DNA of 64,000 bases. Origin: Ylistrum balloti. Lineage: Eukaryota. Position numbers and translations under genes: made by a program. Below, piece after piece: positions 12,201 to 34,167 of this stretch. Every line of letters begins with the position of its first letter. Within the stretch, counting starts at the first letter, position 1. The stretch spans positions 310,001 to 374,000 of the forward strand of contig NW_026782794.1 in assembly GCF_031769215.1 (NCBI RefSeq), read 5' to 3'. The notes under the pieces are model-generated. The model searched no databases. It worked only from the letters and a program-made list of their open reading frames with translations, and was not told where the DNA came from.

Positions 12201-15200
12201 ACAAATCTAAAGTTGATGTTAGCAGTAGGCGGCTTTACACATGGCGTGCAGAGATTTTCTGATATGGCTTCATCAGATCAGAATATAGAAACATTTACCG
12301 CTAATGCAATACTGTTTCTGCGACGACACGGGTTTGACGGCCTTGACCTTGACTGGGAGTATCCTGCTTACGACACCAGTGACCCTGGCGATAAATTACG
12401 ATTTACACGGCTTATGGAGGTTAGATATTATTCCTTATCAACTAAAATCACCATAATAAATTCATTGAAAATACTACGAGAACAAAAAAGAAATGTGTTA
12501 TCGCAACTTTATCTTATTTTCAGATTTTACGTCGTGAATTTGACCTTGAAGGCATATCTACTAAACGACCTCCATTAGAATTAGCAATTGCGGTATCGGC
12601 ATCGAAGGAAATTATTGACGCTGCTTACGAAATTGACATTATATCACAGTAAGTGTATCAACCAACAAAAGAATCATAATCCAAGCTTTCCTTTGTGAAG
12701 TTATAACAGCACAATTTCACAAAACATCGGATTTATTATTGGAATAAACAAAAGAGTATAATGTTTATATCATATGTATAAATTGACATCAATGCAAGAC
12801 TCTCTTTGTAATTTATAATCTCTTCGTTGATAGTGACTTGAATATGTTCAAGCAATTATTGATAGGTTCTTTGTCTGAAAACGTTATTGTGTTATTACAG
12901 GCATGTCGACTTTATGAACTTGATGTCATATGATTTCCATGGCGTATGGGATAATACAACCGGACACAATAGTCCACTGTATGCCAGACAGGATGAAACA
13001 GCTGACCAGAAATTACTAAACCAGGTGACCACTATAGTTTATCATTGTTTTTGTACGTACAAATTACTTACTCCTCGTGTGTTTCAATCTATTTCTATGA
13101 CAGTTGGTTAATTGCTGAGCTGTTTCTTTTGTTCTAATTAAGTAAACATCAAGCTGCTGTGTTTTCTTTCTGTTGGTTTACTTGAGACGGTCTCTATTCC
13201 ACGTTAAGGGCATTGACAATATGTGATGATTTAACTTCCGGAAGTAAATTTCAGAATGCTGCCGTACAGTACTGGATATCTCGTGGTGCTCCACCACACA
13301 AACTGGTTATGGGATTGGCGTTGTACGGACGGTCGTTTACTCTGGCGTCTCCAACAAATGTAGAACTAGGCGCTGCAATAACTGGAGGTGGAACACCGGG
13401 CGAATACACCGGCGAAGTGGGATATTTGGGATATTACGAGGTCGGTGTTCTCTATAACAGATTTTTTGTCATCCATTTAGATATTTCCAGAATTAATTCT
13501 GTTCAGGATCAATTTCTTAATATTAAGATTTTCGTGCAAGAATCGTCAACTGGCGACGAAACTAATAGCACAGGGTTTCAAATGATGCAGAATGAAAATA
13601 AAAATTATGGGGGCTTATATTACGGTCAATAAATGATCTCATTGAAAAATGTCCTATTTCTTTGATGCTCGTTAATATCCAGTTAGCTCCGTTGTTCTCA
13701 TTTGAGAACTTGGCATTACTTACTTGGATTGACCAACATTTACATGACAGGTGTCGTCGATAAAGCAGACGACGCGTACTCTTCCGGAACATCTGGCCTT
13801 ATTCTAATTGTACTTTTTCAGGAGTCTCCGTGTACATATTTCCCTAGTGTTATTAAATCTAATTTTGGATGATGATTATATTTTCATGACGGTCTTTTGT
13901 TGTTGTTATAGATATGTGATAGAATAGTAAATAAAGGGTGGACGAGAGTATGGAACGAAGAACACAAAGTTCCATACGCCTACAGTGGTGACCAGTGGGT
14001 TGGATATGATGACGTCGAGAGTTTCATCGTCAAGGTAGTCATAACGGAATCTATAAATTTCATAAAAACGTATATCACTGATTTAAGAAATCTAATATCA
14101 CCACTAGTGATGACATTACTCTTCAAGTGATGTTGTAACAGCGGTAGTTTTATAGTAAAGGTCTGATGGCATTATAATTAAAACAATCGTTGATTATTTT
14201 TATAAGCATGAACAATTTACATAGACACCGACATATAAATATGCATTATTCATCATGCTAGAAAATAGCACTTTTCAATACAGAATTAAGCATTAAAGGA
14301 TTGGAGCCAAACAATAATTTCAAATGTATCATACAACTGTTTCAACCTTTTAGGACTTAGGAAATACCAAGGGCTTAAGTCGTGAAACCTTGGAGGCGAC
14401 AAACCGTTGAAAAAACATTTTTCACAATACTTGGTAGCCCAACGAAAACAAATTATTAACATCTTACACTGTTTTGTATATATACCCAGGCAAATTACAT
14501 CCTTACTCGCGGGCTTGGAGGTTCCATAGTATGGGCGATGGATTTGGACGACTTTAACAACGTCTGTGGACTAGGCGTAAACCCGTTGATGTCTGTGTTG
14601 CGTACATTGTTGAATTCGTCCATCGTAGTGACAAAGGAAATCCCGACCATAGCACCGCCCAGTGCGAGATCAACTACAGGTATCAAACATTAACCAAAGA
14701 ACGTATAACATGATTAAATAGGATAGTAATTACCAAATGCAGATGATGCGGAATGAGTTATCCTTGTTATCTCTCAGATAAAAATCATGAAATATATGAT
14801 AATATATATATATATATATCTTTTTAAGAGTAACTGCCTCTAACAACCTATTGTAACAAATGTTATTACTCAATTTTTGTCAGTTTTGATTTCAGTTCAT
14901 GTCTTTATGTCATGATTATTAATTAGACTGGCGCGTTTCTTTTGAAACATATTTTGGATGAAAATTCAAATTATTATGGAATTATTAACGCAACATCAGA
15001 TGTTGCTGGTCGAACTCCTATTTGTCACTCGGGACCAAAACCAACACTAGTACACATCAAATTGAATTCCAAGATTGTAATAAGATTGCTTGTATAAACA
15101 TCATAATTATCATCTGAATAAAAGTGTGTCTATTCTTCAGAAATCTGAAAATAATATCTTGGCATTATTATCATTCTTTCAGGTAATGCAGTATCCTATC

Positions 15201-15307
15201 CACAAGCAAAATCTACATTGCCAACACAGAAGGAAACTTACAGTTTGACTACCACGAAAAGAACTGAGGAGAAGAAAGAGGAGGAAGAGGGGAGAGAAAT
15301 AAAATAA
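6215..15307 (+). CDS. Secreted GH18 chitinase with two tandem catalytic domains (~859 aa if intact); this copy has an in-frame TAA at 9185-9187 (codon ~239)
   Basis: Exons: 6215-6281 (signal peptide [22 protein letters not shown]), 7227-7397, 8059-8315, 8719-8843, 9091-9214, 9516-9701, 10146-10265, 10556-10784, 11137-11307, 12163-12419, 12524-12648, 12901-13024, 13255-13440, 13912-14034, 14490-14679, 15183-15307 (last exon least certain). All phases are compatible. Both domains have [22 protein letters not shown](F/Y)P (DxxDxDxE), [15 protein letters not shown] and W(S/A)MDLDDF, and are joined by a Thr/Pro-rich linker. Confidence 0.9.
11637..11720 (+). repeat. Fragment of an interspersed repeat (copy 1) in a chitinase intron
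   Basis: GGTGTCGTCGAT.AA.CAGA..ACGC.TACT.TTCCGGAACATC..G.CTTATTCT is shared with 13750-13830. Confidence 0.55.
13750..13830 (+). repeat. Fragment of an interspersed repeat (copy 2) in a chitinase intron
   Basis: Aligns by eye with 11637-11720. The two introns are not paralogous, so the copies are independent insertions. Confidence 0.55.
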
Positions 15308-15625
15308 ACTGACATCTAAGTGTCAGTAAGGAGAATCTCATTACTATAATCTACGTTCAATGTAATAAAGCATATAAGGTATTGATTACCTGTCAATTGT
15401 TCATTTGATCTCAATATGTAACCTTACAGGTTTTAGTTATTGTGTTTTATTATGGATTTCAAAGCAAATATTTATTGCTGAAGAACGAGAATGAATCATC
15501 TGTTATCATCATAAGGCATCAGGAGATATTAAGATCATCAACATTATAAGGTCGTGATATAATGAGGTGCTATGTTAAATTTATAACTTCACATTAAGTA
15601 AGTGGTAAATGTATCCCATTGACGT

Positions 15626-15857
15626 GGTCGTGTTGGGCAGTGGTAACGCACTTGCCTTTCACTTAACCGAGTTCGATTCCCCGAACGGAGTCGTAAAGTT
15701 AGGAAGTCAACTACCCGTCCACCTTAGGCTTTTCTCAGTGTACTTAGATTTCCTCCCACAGTAAGACCCTTATGCGATTACGTCCGAGTCCACAAGAGTG
15801 ATGAGTAAAAGCTGAAATAACTTGTTTCGCAATCCTTGTGGAGTTAATAAAATATTA
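15626..15857 (+). mobile_element. tRNA-derived SINE (body resembles the V-domain type), degenerate
   Basis: Pol III A box TGGGCAGTGG (15634-15643) and B box GTTCGATTCC (15671-15680). Body GGCTTTTCTCAGTGTACTTAGATTTCCTCCCACAG resembles the V-SINE motif GGGTTTTCTCCGGGTACTCCGGTTTCCTCCCACA. AT-rich tail AATAAAATATTA. Confidence 0.7.
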
Positions 15858-16956
15858 TGTCAGTAAGATGTGTGAACATGTATACAGGTGCAGGTAAAAC
15901 AAGTTCTTCGAAAGCAACGCAAGGAAGTACATTTCTTTCTGGCTCGGTTATAATATTACGGTATAAAAGTGCATCCGATGTTATTTAAAATCAACGTCAT
16001 ATATGTTTAAGTTATATTCTATTCTCTTTTTTCTTTCAGAGGCACTGTCTGGAAAATACAGGACGAACTCTTCTCTTTCTATTGATTACAATATTCATCC
16101 GACAGAGACCCTCGCAACATCGACCATCGTTGACAGAAATTCTATCAACACCTAACATTTCTGGCAGAGACTCAATATGTGGTATTTTTGGCAGAGACTT
16201 AATATCTAACATGGTTAGCACAGACTTTGTTGGTAGGAAGTCTCGTCACATCTACCATTATTGGCACAGACTAGCTCAACACCTTAGTATAATCTTAATT
16301 ATTGGCAGAGATTCCCTTCAAATCTGAAATCATTGGCAGAAAATCTTTAAACATCTAACATTATTTGCCTAAACTATCTCATCCTCGATACTTAATTGGT
16401 TACGCTGACAAACACTCTCTACACTCCTGGAACCTTTCATGGCAAAATTGCAGATTTTATGTGCGACACCTTGTGGATAAAAGAGAAGACTAGTTTGACC
16501 CTTTGATCTACATCAAACAAATCTAATGATAGCTTAACGGTATGTTGTACTTCGCTTTTCCCTTCAGTTTTGTCATGAAATGCTCCAAGGGTGCAGAAAG
16601 TGATAGTAAGCATAACCCCTGCAGTATCAGAGAGAGACTCTCTTAATATATAAGTTTTGACAAACATTGTTAGCAGACAATTTCTGAACATAAAATCTAA
16701 ATTTGTATTGAAAGGTGTTTTTCAATTGTTTTGTACAATCTTTTCATCTACACATTAAAGTCAGGATTTTCCATGAAAAATAAAATAGCAACACTATAAT
16801 ATCCATCTGCTTTCTTTATTGCACAGTGTAGTATGTAATGGCACACAGTATTTAGACTACTCTCTTTACCATAGTTAGGTGAGCAAAGTCGTTTAAGCAG
16901 CTTGCAGTGAGCAAAGTCGTTTAAGCAGCCTGCAATAAAAACGAAACTAAGCAGTC

Positions 16957-19900
16957 TTAGTTTGATTTGATCTTTGGCTTCTGTTTGTAGTATATCAGCA
17001 TGCATACCATTGTTATATTCATAGAGGCGCTGACAGTATTGTTGATAAACACCACAACATCTCTGGTCTGTAGACTGCTGGTGAGCATCCTTACTGCAAC
17101 ACAACCAAAATGTTTCTCTTCTTAATATAGGTCTCTACTCTAAAAAATCAACTCAGATTCTACAAATATAACAATGTAAATCACTTTACCCGAATCTCAT
17201 ACAATCTGAACAACAAAAGCAGTCAAGTAATATTAACTTTGCTCAATGACAATTATGACATTTACAATACTTAATCAATTACATCTATAATATTGTATTA
17301 GATTAAAATCAGATAGCAAGGCGTTTTGAAAGCATCACTAAATCTCACCTAGTGCTCCATAAGCAGCTATTGTCCAGCTGGTTTGGCTGATCTGACCAGG
17401 CTCCTTCTTCTGGTATAGTGTTTTGATTTGAGTGCCCTTACTAAACATTGTAAGACCTGTTACTCCACTCTGTAACATTTGCCATTTTTTGTGGAAAAAT
17501 CATTTTGAATAAATCATTCATTAAAAACTTTTGTCTGTTTCCTTAACTCAGAGAATGTGAAATAATCTTGAATTAAAATGCTTGGTGATTCCACAAGGAA
17601 ACATCCCGATTCCAATCAGACAAACAAAGGTATAGGTCATCTTCATAAGTCTTCTTTTTATACCCATACTGCTGGCAATATAGAAATTCTATACCAATAT
17701 ATGTTTCCGTTCTTCCTTTCATGCTATTTAACTTAAAATTTCATGTAACAGTGTTTTGGAATTCATATTTTTTTAATTGTGTTCTAAAGAAGTAGTACTG
17801 ATATAGATAATTTTTCTGATCTAACCAAGCTACATAGTAAAATTGATAAACCTGCCTACCTGCACTACTACAGATTATAAATAGGGCAATTTAACACAAG
17901 AAAAATCTACAACAAGATATAAATAGGGCTATCAACCACTGGGTATAAACAGGACAGTTTACCACTAGGTGTAAACACAACAATCTTATACTGGGTTTAA
18001 ATAGAACCACGTAACACAAGACATTATAAATAGAACTACCCACCATTAGTTGAAAACAGAACAATCTATAATGTCTATTTATTTTTGCATTTTACTGTAC
18101 CTTTCTTGTGCAAAATTTAAATATATGCAATGCCCCTACTCAAATACTCACCAACACGACTTTGACATGAACTTTACATGACTATGCATTATAAAATGTA
18201 GACGTAACAAAAATATTACTGCACTCTCTAATGGCTATCAAATGATAACAAGGATATTTCATTACATTCAATAACTAAAACAAAAAAGACCTGCTATATG
18301 CTAGCTTGTTAAATAATTTGTTTTCATATTCAGATAATAGAAAAGGGAAGATGATTACTGAACTTACCATTGCTGTATTAAGGACCAGCTCAGGAAAAAC
18401 GCCAGTGGCGAGGCAAGAATAGAAAATAAAATATCTGTTCGTTATGAAGGTTGTTAATCAGAAACAAATTTCAAACTGCACATGGAATATGCATGGAAAT
18501 CAAGATAAAGTAGCTTGGGTGTTAATGATGGGGCTCAGAAAGGTGATGATGATTAAAGGGAGCAGCAAATATTAACAGACAATGCTATAGATAGTTATTA
18601 GTGAGTGTTAGAATCTCGACTGAAGGAGGAAGTCAGTGACAGAAGGACTGGTCGCTTTCTAACAAGAAATGCTAGTTTCTTTCCAAATGATCAAAATTAA
18701 TCCAAAAACGTAATGACCTTCTTTCCAATTAAGAAATAAAGTGTTTTCTTATTTCATTGTTTCTTTGAGTGTCTTCAATCTTTCTCCTTTTCTTTTCAAG
18801 TTTGCATTGTTTTATTATATATTATGGCTCTTTCATTACTATATGTAGAATGTCTATGAAAAACATGATGAACATGGCAAACTGGTTCAAAGAGTAGTAT
18901 TTTTATTTTGATAACATCATAAATTGCAATGCAAACAGATGTCAACAAAAACGTTTCAATGATTTGATAAAATAACTGTCCATTATGTATAAGAACAAAT
19001 AAAGCAAATCAAATTATCTCACGAGGCTTGAGAGTAAAAGTTGTGTCTTTTCTAAAATTGTATTTAAGATCAATTCTTTACAGATAGAATTTCCAAAATC
19101 TTTAATTTTACAGCTTTCAAATTTTCAGTAAAAGAGGCAATTTCCCCTTGCTTTATTTGTACTGTGACAGACCGAGATACTGACATAGGAAGTATGTATA
19201 ATTCCAATTGGATGCTTTCTGCTTTCTTCCACACTACATACAACATACTGTCATAAAAGGATACATGATGAAGTAGAACAGTGTCTTGATACTCAGCATC
19301 TGGTTGTAGTGGAGCATCAGACTGATCAGTATCAAATCTAAATAAATATAATTATTTACATTTCATTATATCAAACAGAAGGTGTAGTTAAAATAAAATA
19401 TGACAGTATAAACTTACAGATTAGAAGTAAATGTTAACATGTAATCTGGAATGATTAAATGCATAGGGTTGGTATTAGTTGCTACAAATTTTGTTACATG
19501 GTATATTTTATTTTACACACATCTATATAACAAGTGTTCACAAGATAGTACATATACTTGTCACATGTTAATCAGCTTTATTGTGAACGTAATTGAACAT
19601 TGTTGCATGGGTGAATTTGTGTATCAATCATTTTCATACCTGGTTTAGCAGAACAGTCATGGACAATTCAAAAACTTATTATTCACTTCAACAGCAAGCA
19701 TTAAGATTTGCACCAAGAATTTCCAAGATAACATAACAGTGTTGAAAGGCCCCAGGAATCAGACTAAGGAAAAGCTGTCCATTGTATGACCATGAACATA
19801 CATACAACAAATTTAATGCAATGTATAACAATTATAACAATTAAAGAATTTAAATCTGTACAAATCAAATATAATTCTGAACTCTGAACTGCATTGTGTA

Positions 19901-22591
19901 ACCACCCCTTGTAGGCCATACCTTGAAATACCAGGAAGGTGTATTCAAAATAAGCTGGCAGTGGGTAGCCTTTTGCAAAGTTGTAGGAGAGGATCACAGA
20001 GTACCTGCAACATTTATAAATATCTATTACGTATATGGTGTTTTTGGAGATTTTCTCAATGTATTTCATTGACAACAACAAGTTTATGTTAGTTGAAATT
20101 TGAAATTTTTGCATACAACTTTAACCTTAGTTTATTAATCCCCTATCTGAAACTGAGCAGCCTACAGCTTTGTAAATTGTTCATCCCTTCTGTCCTTTGA
20201 GCTCTACTTATCACAAGAACTGCACATGGAAGTCACTTTGACCTACATTTTGACATCAAAAACAAGTTTGGTTTGGTTTTATTTTCTACACTACTTGTCA
20301 CTGGAATTTCATACTTTGGACAAGGTTTGAACTAGGTGAGGCAGTGTGTCATGTACCAAAGGAGGTCACTTTATTCTACCTTGTACATGTTGATCTGTAC
20401 CTACTTACAAAAAATGTTTGGTTTTCATTTCCTACTTGTCACTGTAATTTCATACCTAATTTTGTACCTAAGGCATGGGTTGACATTGGTAATTTTGACA
20501 TACATCAAAAAAAGCTTGGGAATTTCCTTTTCGCCATATGGTAGAGTGTCAGCCTAGAGAACGAAAGGATGTTGATTCGAATCTTGCTGGGTACAGGTTT
20601 TTTTTCTTTAATCCATTATATTGCAAATTTGGTGCCATTCAATGATAGAAGATATAGGAGATTGAGATGCTTCCTTAGAGCTAAAGAGCCTTGTTTTTAT
20701 TTGCCTTCTGGGTCGGAGACTTTGTGAAGGAGGGAGTAACATAGAAGATGAGAGGTCATCGTACTACATGTACATGTAGCATCCGCTAGCGGGAACTTCC
20801 CTTTAGTCAAGCCATTGAGACTACAGCTAGAGGCTGCAAAGTCACTATTTCAAACCCTTCCAGGTGCGAGGAGAATTTCATTACTCCTTCCTATTATGAT
20901 ACATGTACATAATAAGAAATGCACTTTTGAACATCTTGTAGAAGTTATAGGAGAAAGAGATGTTTGTGGAGCTTTAGAACATTAACCTGAATTGTTGTCT
21001 CTGGGTCTGAGACTTTGTGAAGGAGCGAAAAATGCAGAAGTTGAGAGGTCACCTTACTAGCATCTACTAGTTGAAACGTTCCTTAAGTCAAACAGAAGAT
21101 ATTTCCGGGTGTCCATCAGCTGCCAAGTTTATCGCTATACCATCTGTATTTATCCGACAGTGAAACAAAGGGCAGTAACTCTGAGACATCAGAATGGCGG
21201 TAGAATGTCTGGAAAGAAACTGAAGAGTCCCTAGTTTGACCCCAGCAGTGTTAGGGTATTTTTCATTACCAAGGTACATCTTCCTATTACACTGTACATA
21301 GGTATCATTGGCACAATAATTTTGGACCCCTTAAGAACCAGTTTTTGCTAGCTGCACTATGTCAATGAATTGCCACCAAACAAATACATAAATGAATTCA
21401 AATGTGTTCATACTATATAATTTATTAAAAAAAACTGATCAGTGAAACACCAGTATTTTTCTAAAGAAATATCCACAGACCCGACCTCAATTTTGAGTAT
21501 CAGACATGTGACTGCACTTGCGCTTCTGATAACATCACTAAATCAAAGAGACACTTGGGTTAGCTTATAGTGACTCAGAAGTACACAGGTATAACAGAAA
21601 ACCATCATTTAAACAGGAATGACATTCTGATAACATGATTAAAATCTTTTCCTAAAACGTTAAATTCAAATTTTTATTTTTTGGTTGTTTTTTTATCCAA
21701 TAACACATAATTTCTTGGCAAACTTCTTTTTTAAAACACACACTATTTAAATGAAGTCAATTTTTATTGGTCACTCTACAACTCCCATGTTTATTCAAAT
21801 TGGAAATGAGTAATGTCTTAAAAAATTTTAAATCACCATTTTTTTCACTATAAGACATCCTTGTAAAGACTTGCGTAACTAAAAAAACCAACAAAGAATG
21901 GCCTCGTATATTCCTGATCGATTTTCAATCACTGAACAGAAGGCAGCAAAACACTGGCATTCGAGGATAAACTGATTGGCTATTTCATCATATCTTGGAG
22001 GATGTCTGACATATAAAAACTTGTATGAAGAAAAAATACACAAATTTGCCAAAAAATAAATATATTCTCAAAAAAATTATGGTGGATGGTTATAATCACA
22101 AATTTTCATTCCTTCTGGAAACCAAACATGTTACAGTAACCAAATTTATCCAAGTACGAGTGATACGGTTTGACAAATTGCCGATTCCGAAATACATAAC
22201 GGATGTCTAGATGATATATGTACCCACTGTACTCCGTCGAATACTCTTTTTCTACAAGTAACAATATATATATAGTGACATGTAGAATGTTAACCTCTAT
22301 ATATGCCGATCACGACAAAGATAACATATAGGCTACTAGTACACATCCTGTAAACAATTAAAGCGAAAGTAACGTGTTAATGCATGGTCACGTGACTAAT
22401 ATTGGTCTCTTTGTGCATCTTGATACTTACGCACATTCTTCCACTAACACGCTCGTCAAACTAAGACTTTGTGTGCTTTTTGATTTGAGTATTGCCAGCA
22501 TCTGAGGTACTTTTAACATAAGGCATGTTACAACACACGTAAGACTTAAGAAATTACAAAGGGCGTCAACAGCAGACGAAATTTCCGCCAT
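16957..22591 (-). CDS. SLC66A3: PQ-loop repeat-containing protein 3 / solute carrier family 66 member 3 (~213 aa)
   Basis: Exons (-): 22591-22431, 20004-19922, 19337-19265, 18434-18368, 17469-17349, 17093-16957; phases compatible. Peptides LCNFLSLTCVVTCLMLKVPQ..SLSLTSVLVE, YNFAKGYPLPAYFEYTFLVFQDLILI, SKGTQIKTLYQKKEPGQIS..SW..AYGAL and VRMLTS..DVVVF match the PQLC3 layout I recall. Confidence 0.85.
22387..22396. promoter_or_regulatory. Perfect CLEAR-type E-box palindrome GTCACGTGAC at the start of SLC66A3 intron 1
   Basis: Exact 10 bp match to the TFEB/MITF CLEAR consensus, ~35 bp into intron 1. Function is inferred, not shown. Confidence 0.45.
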
Positions 22592-22809
22592 GTTTGCACT
22601 TCGTTCTTTACTGTACAGTGCGGAGTTATAATATCTAAACAAAAACTTTAATAAATTAGAATTTAAAACAGACTGCAATTTATTATCCTTATTTATTATG
22701 TACAATAAATAGACACAATACTATAAAATAAAATTGAAGTAATAAATCATGCTTAATCTGTTTCTTTTCTGCGAAGCTGTTCTTGTTTACATCGAGCTTC
22801 CGTCGCAAC
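22592..22809. promoter_or_regulatory. Bidirectional (head-to-head) promoter / 5' UTR region of SLC66A3 and RSPH10B
   Basis: The two divergent ATGs (22591 minus, 22810 plus) are only 218 bp apart. Forkhead motif TGTTTAC at 22784-22790. Confidence 0.65.
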
Positions 22810-32979
<10,170 letters not shown>

Positions 32980-34167
32980 GATGGAATTTATCTGTGAGAA
33001 GATTAATCAGACTTATCAACACTTACGCTGTGTTTATTGAGCTTTGCCTGTGATAAAAAATGTTACCGTCCTTCGTGCTCTGTTTAATTATCTAAGTATC
33101 TTTGTCTTGTTTTTTTTTATTATAAAAATATCCACATTAAAAAAACTTTACTTCAAACATATATGAATATATCTTTATGTGAACAATGAAAGCATCTTGT
33201 TCAGCTGTGATGTAATTGGTTTTGAAAAAAAACCCAAAATGATGTCTTGAGAAGGAAATAATTTTATTTCGAAACATGAACCCTGGGCTAATAAAATAGC
33301 ATCTGGTAAAATATGTTGTATTTTGATCCTTTACCAATGAAATTACTCTGTATAATTCCAGCATAAGATAAATAAATAAATTTATATCATTTACAAAATA
33401 TTACATTAGGATTATAATGAAATAAAGAATATATAATTATGTACAACCATTTCTCTGTTGAAATTATTCTGTGTCTGAATTAAATACGAAAATTAGCAGA
33501 GTCTGAGGCACCATTCAGATTACTGACAGGGAAGATAGAGAATGTAACATCCTGATGCACCACTAGGGATGTGTACCTGGACACCGATGTAGTGGTATCA
33601 AGTTTTCTGAAGAAGTTCTGTCAGCCTATGAATGGTGTGGAAGCACCTCTTTTACTTCATGACTCGTAACATTCACAGTGGTATACCATTTCAGCGATGA
33701 CCTTCATCATCGAGACTCGTGTATAATCTTTGAGGTCATTTAAGGATTGGTTTCAGAAAGGACTTGGACAAAGTAGCTCTTAGTTAAAGAATAACAACAA
33801 TATGCTTAACGATGAATCCGAAACAGTATGGTATATCAAAGTGATGAAAATCGTTCAAATAGTTGACACAACACAGCTATATATAAAAAAAAAAAATTCT
33901 GATTCTAATCAAGTGTAACCATGTTGAATACTGCCAAATATGGCTACAAAGAGGAATTGGTGGCAGGCGTTCAGGTGTTATGGCTTTACTGCTCCATGTA
34001 GTTAAGTGTTGTATAAACTTTCAGTTGTAACCTGTATATCATGGCCCAAAGAGCATCGCTCCATGTCTGTAATTATTTCACTGAAAACATGTATGAATTT
34101 CACAGAAACAACAGAAATCGCCGGGAGCACAGAAATATCACAAAGCGTACACAACTATGTACCGTCA

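Noticed and set aside
15626-15690. Possible tRNA gene
   Set aside because: A and B boxes are present, but there is no full cloverleaf and it continues into a SINE-type body and tail.
16437-16691. 84 aa minus-strand ORF as the last exon of SLC66A3
   Set aside because: Exon 17093-16957 gives the expected TM-containing C-terminus and a stop, so this ORF is 3' UTR or intergenic.
33480-33800. GC-richer stretch between RSPH10B and the RTK as an extra exon
   Set aside because: I found no donor to reach it from RSPH10B and all frames are short; probably 3' UTR.
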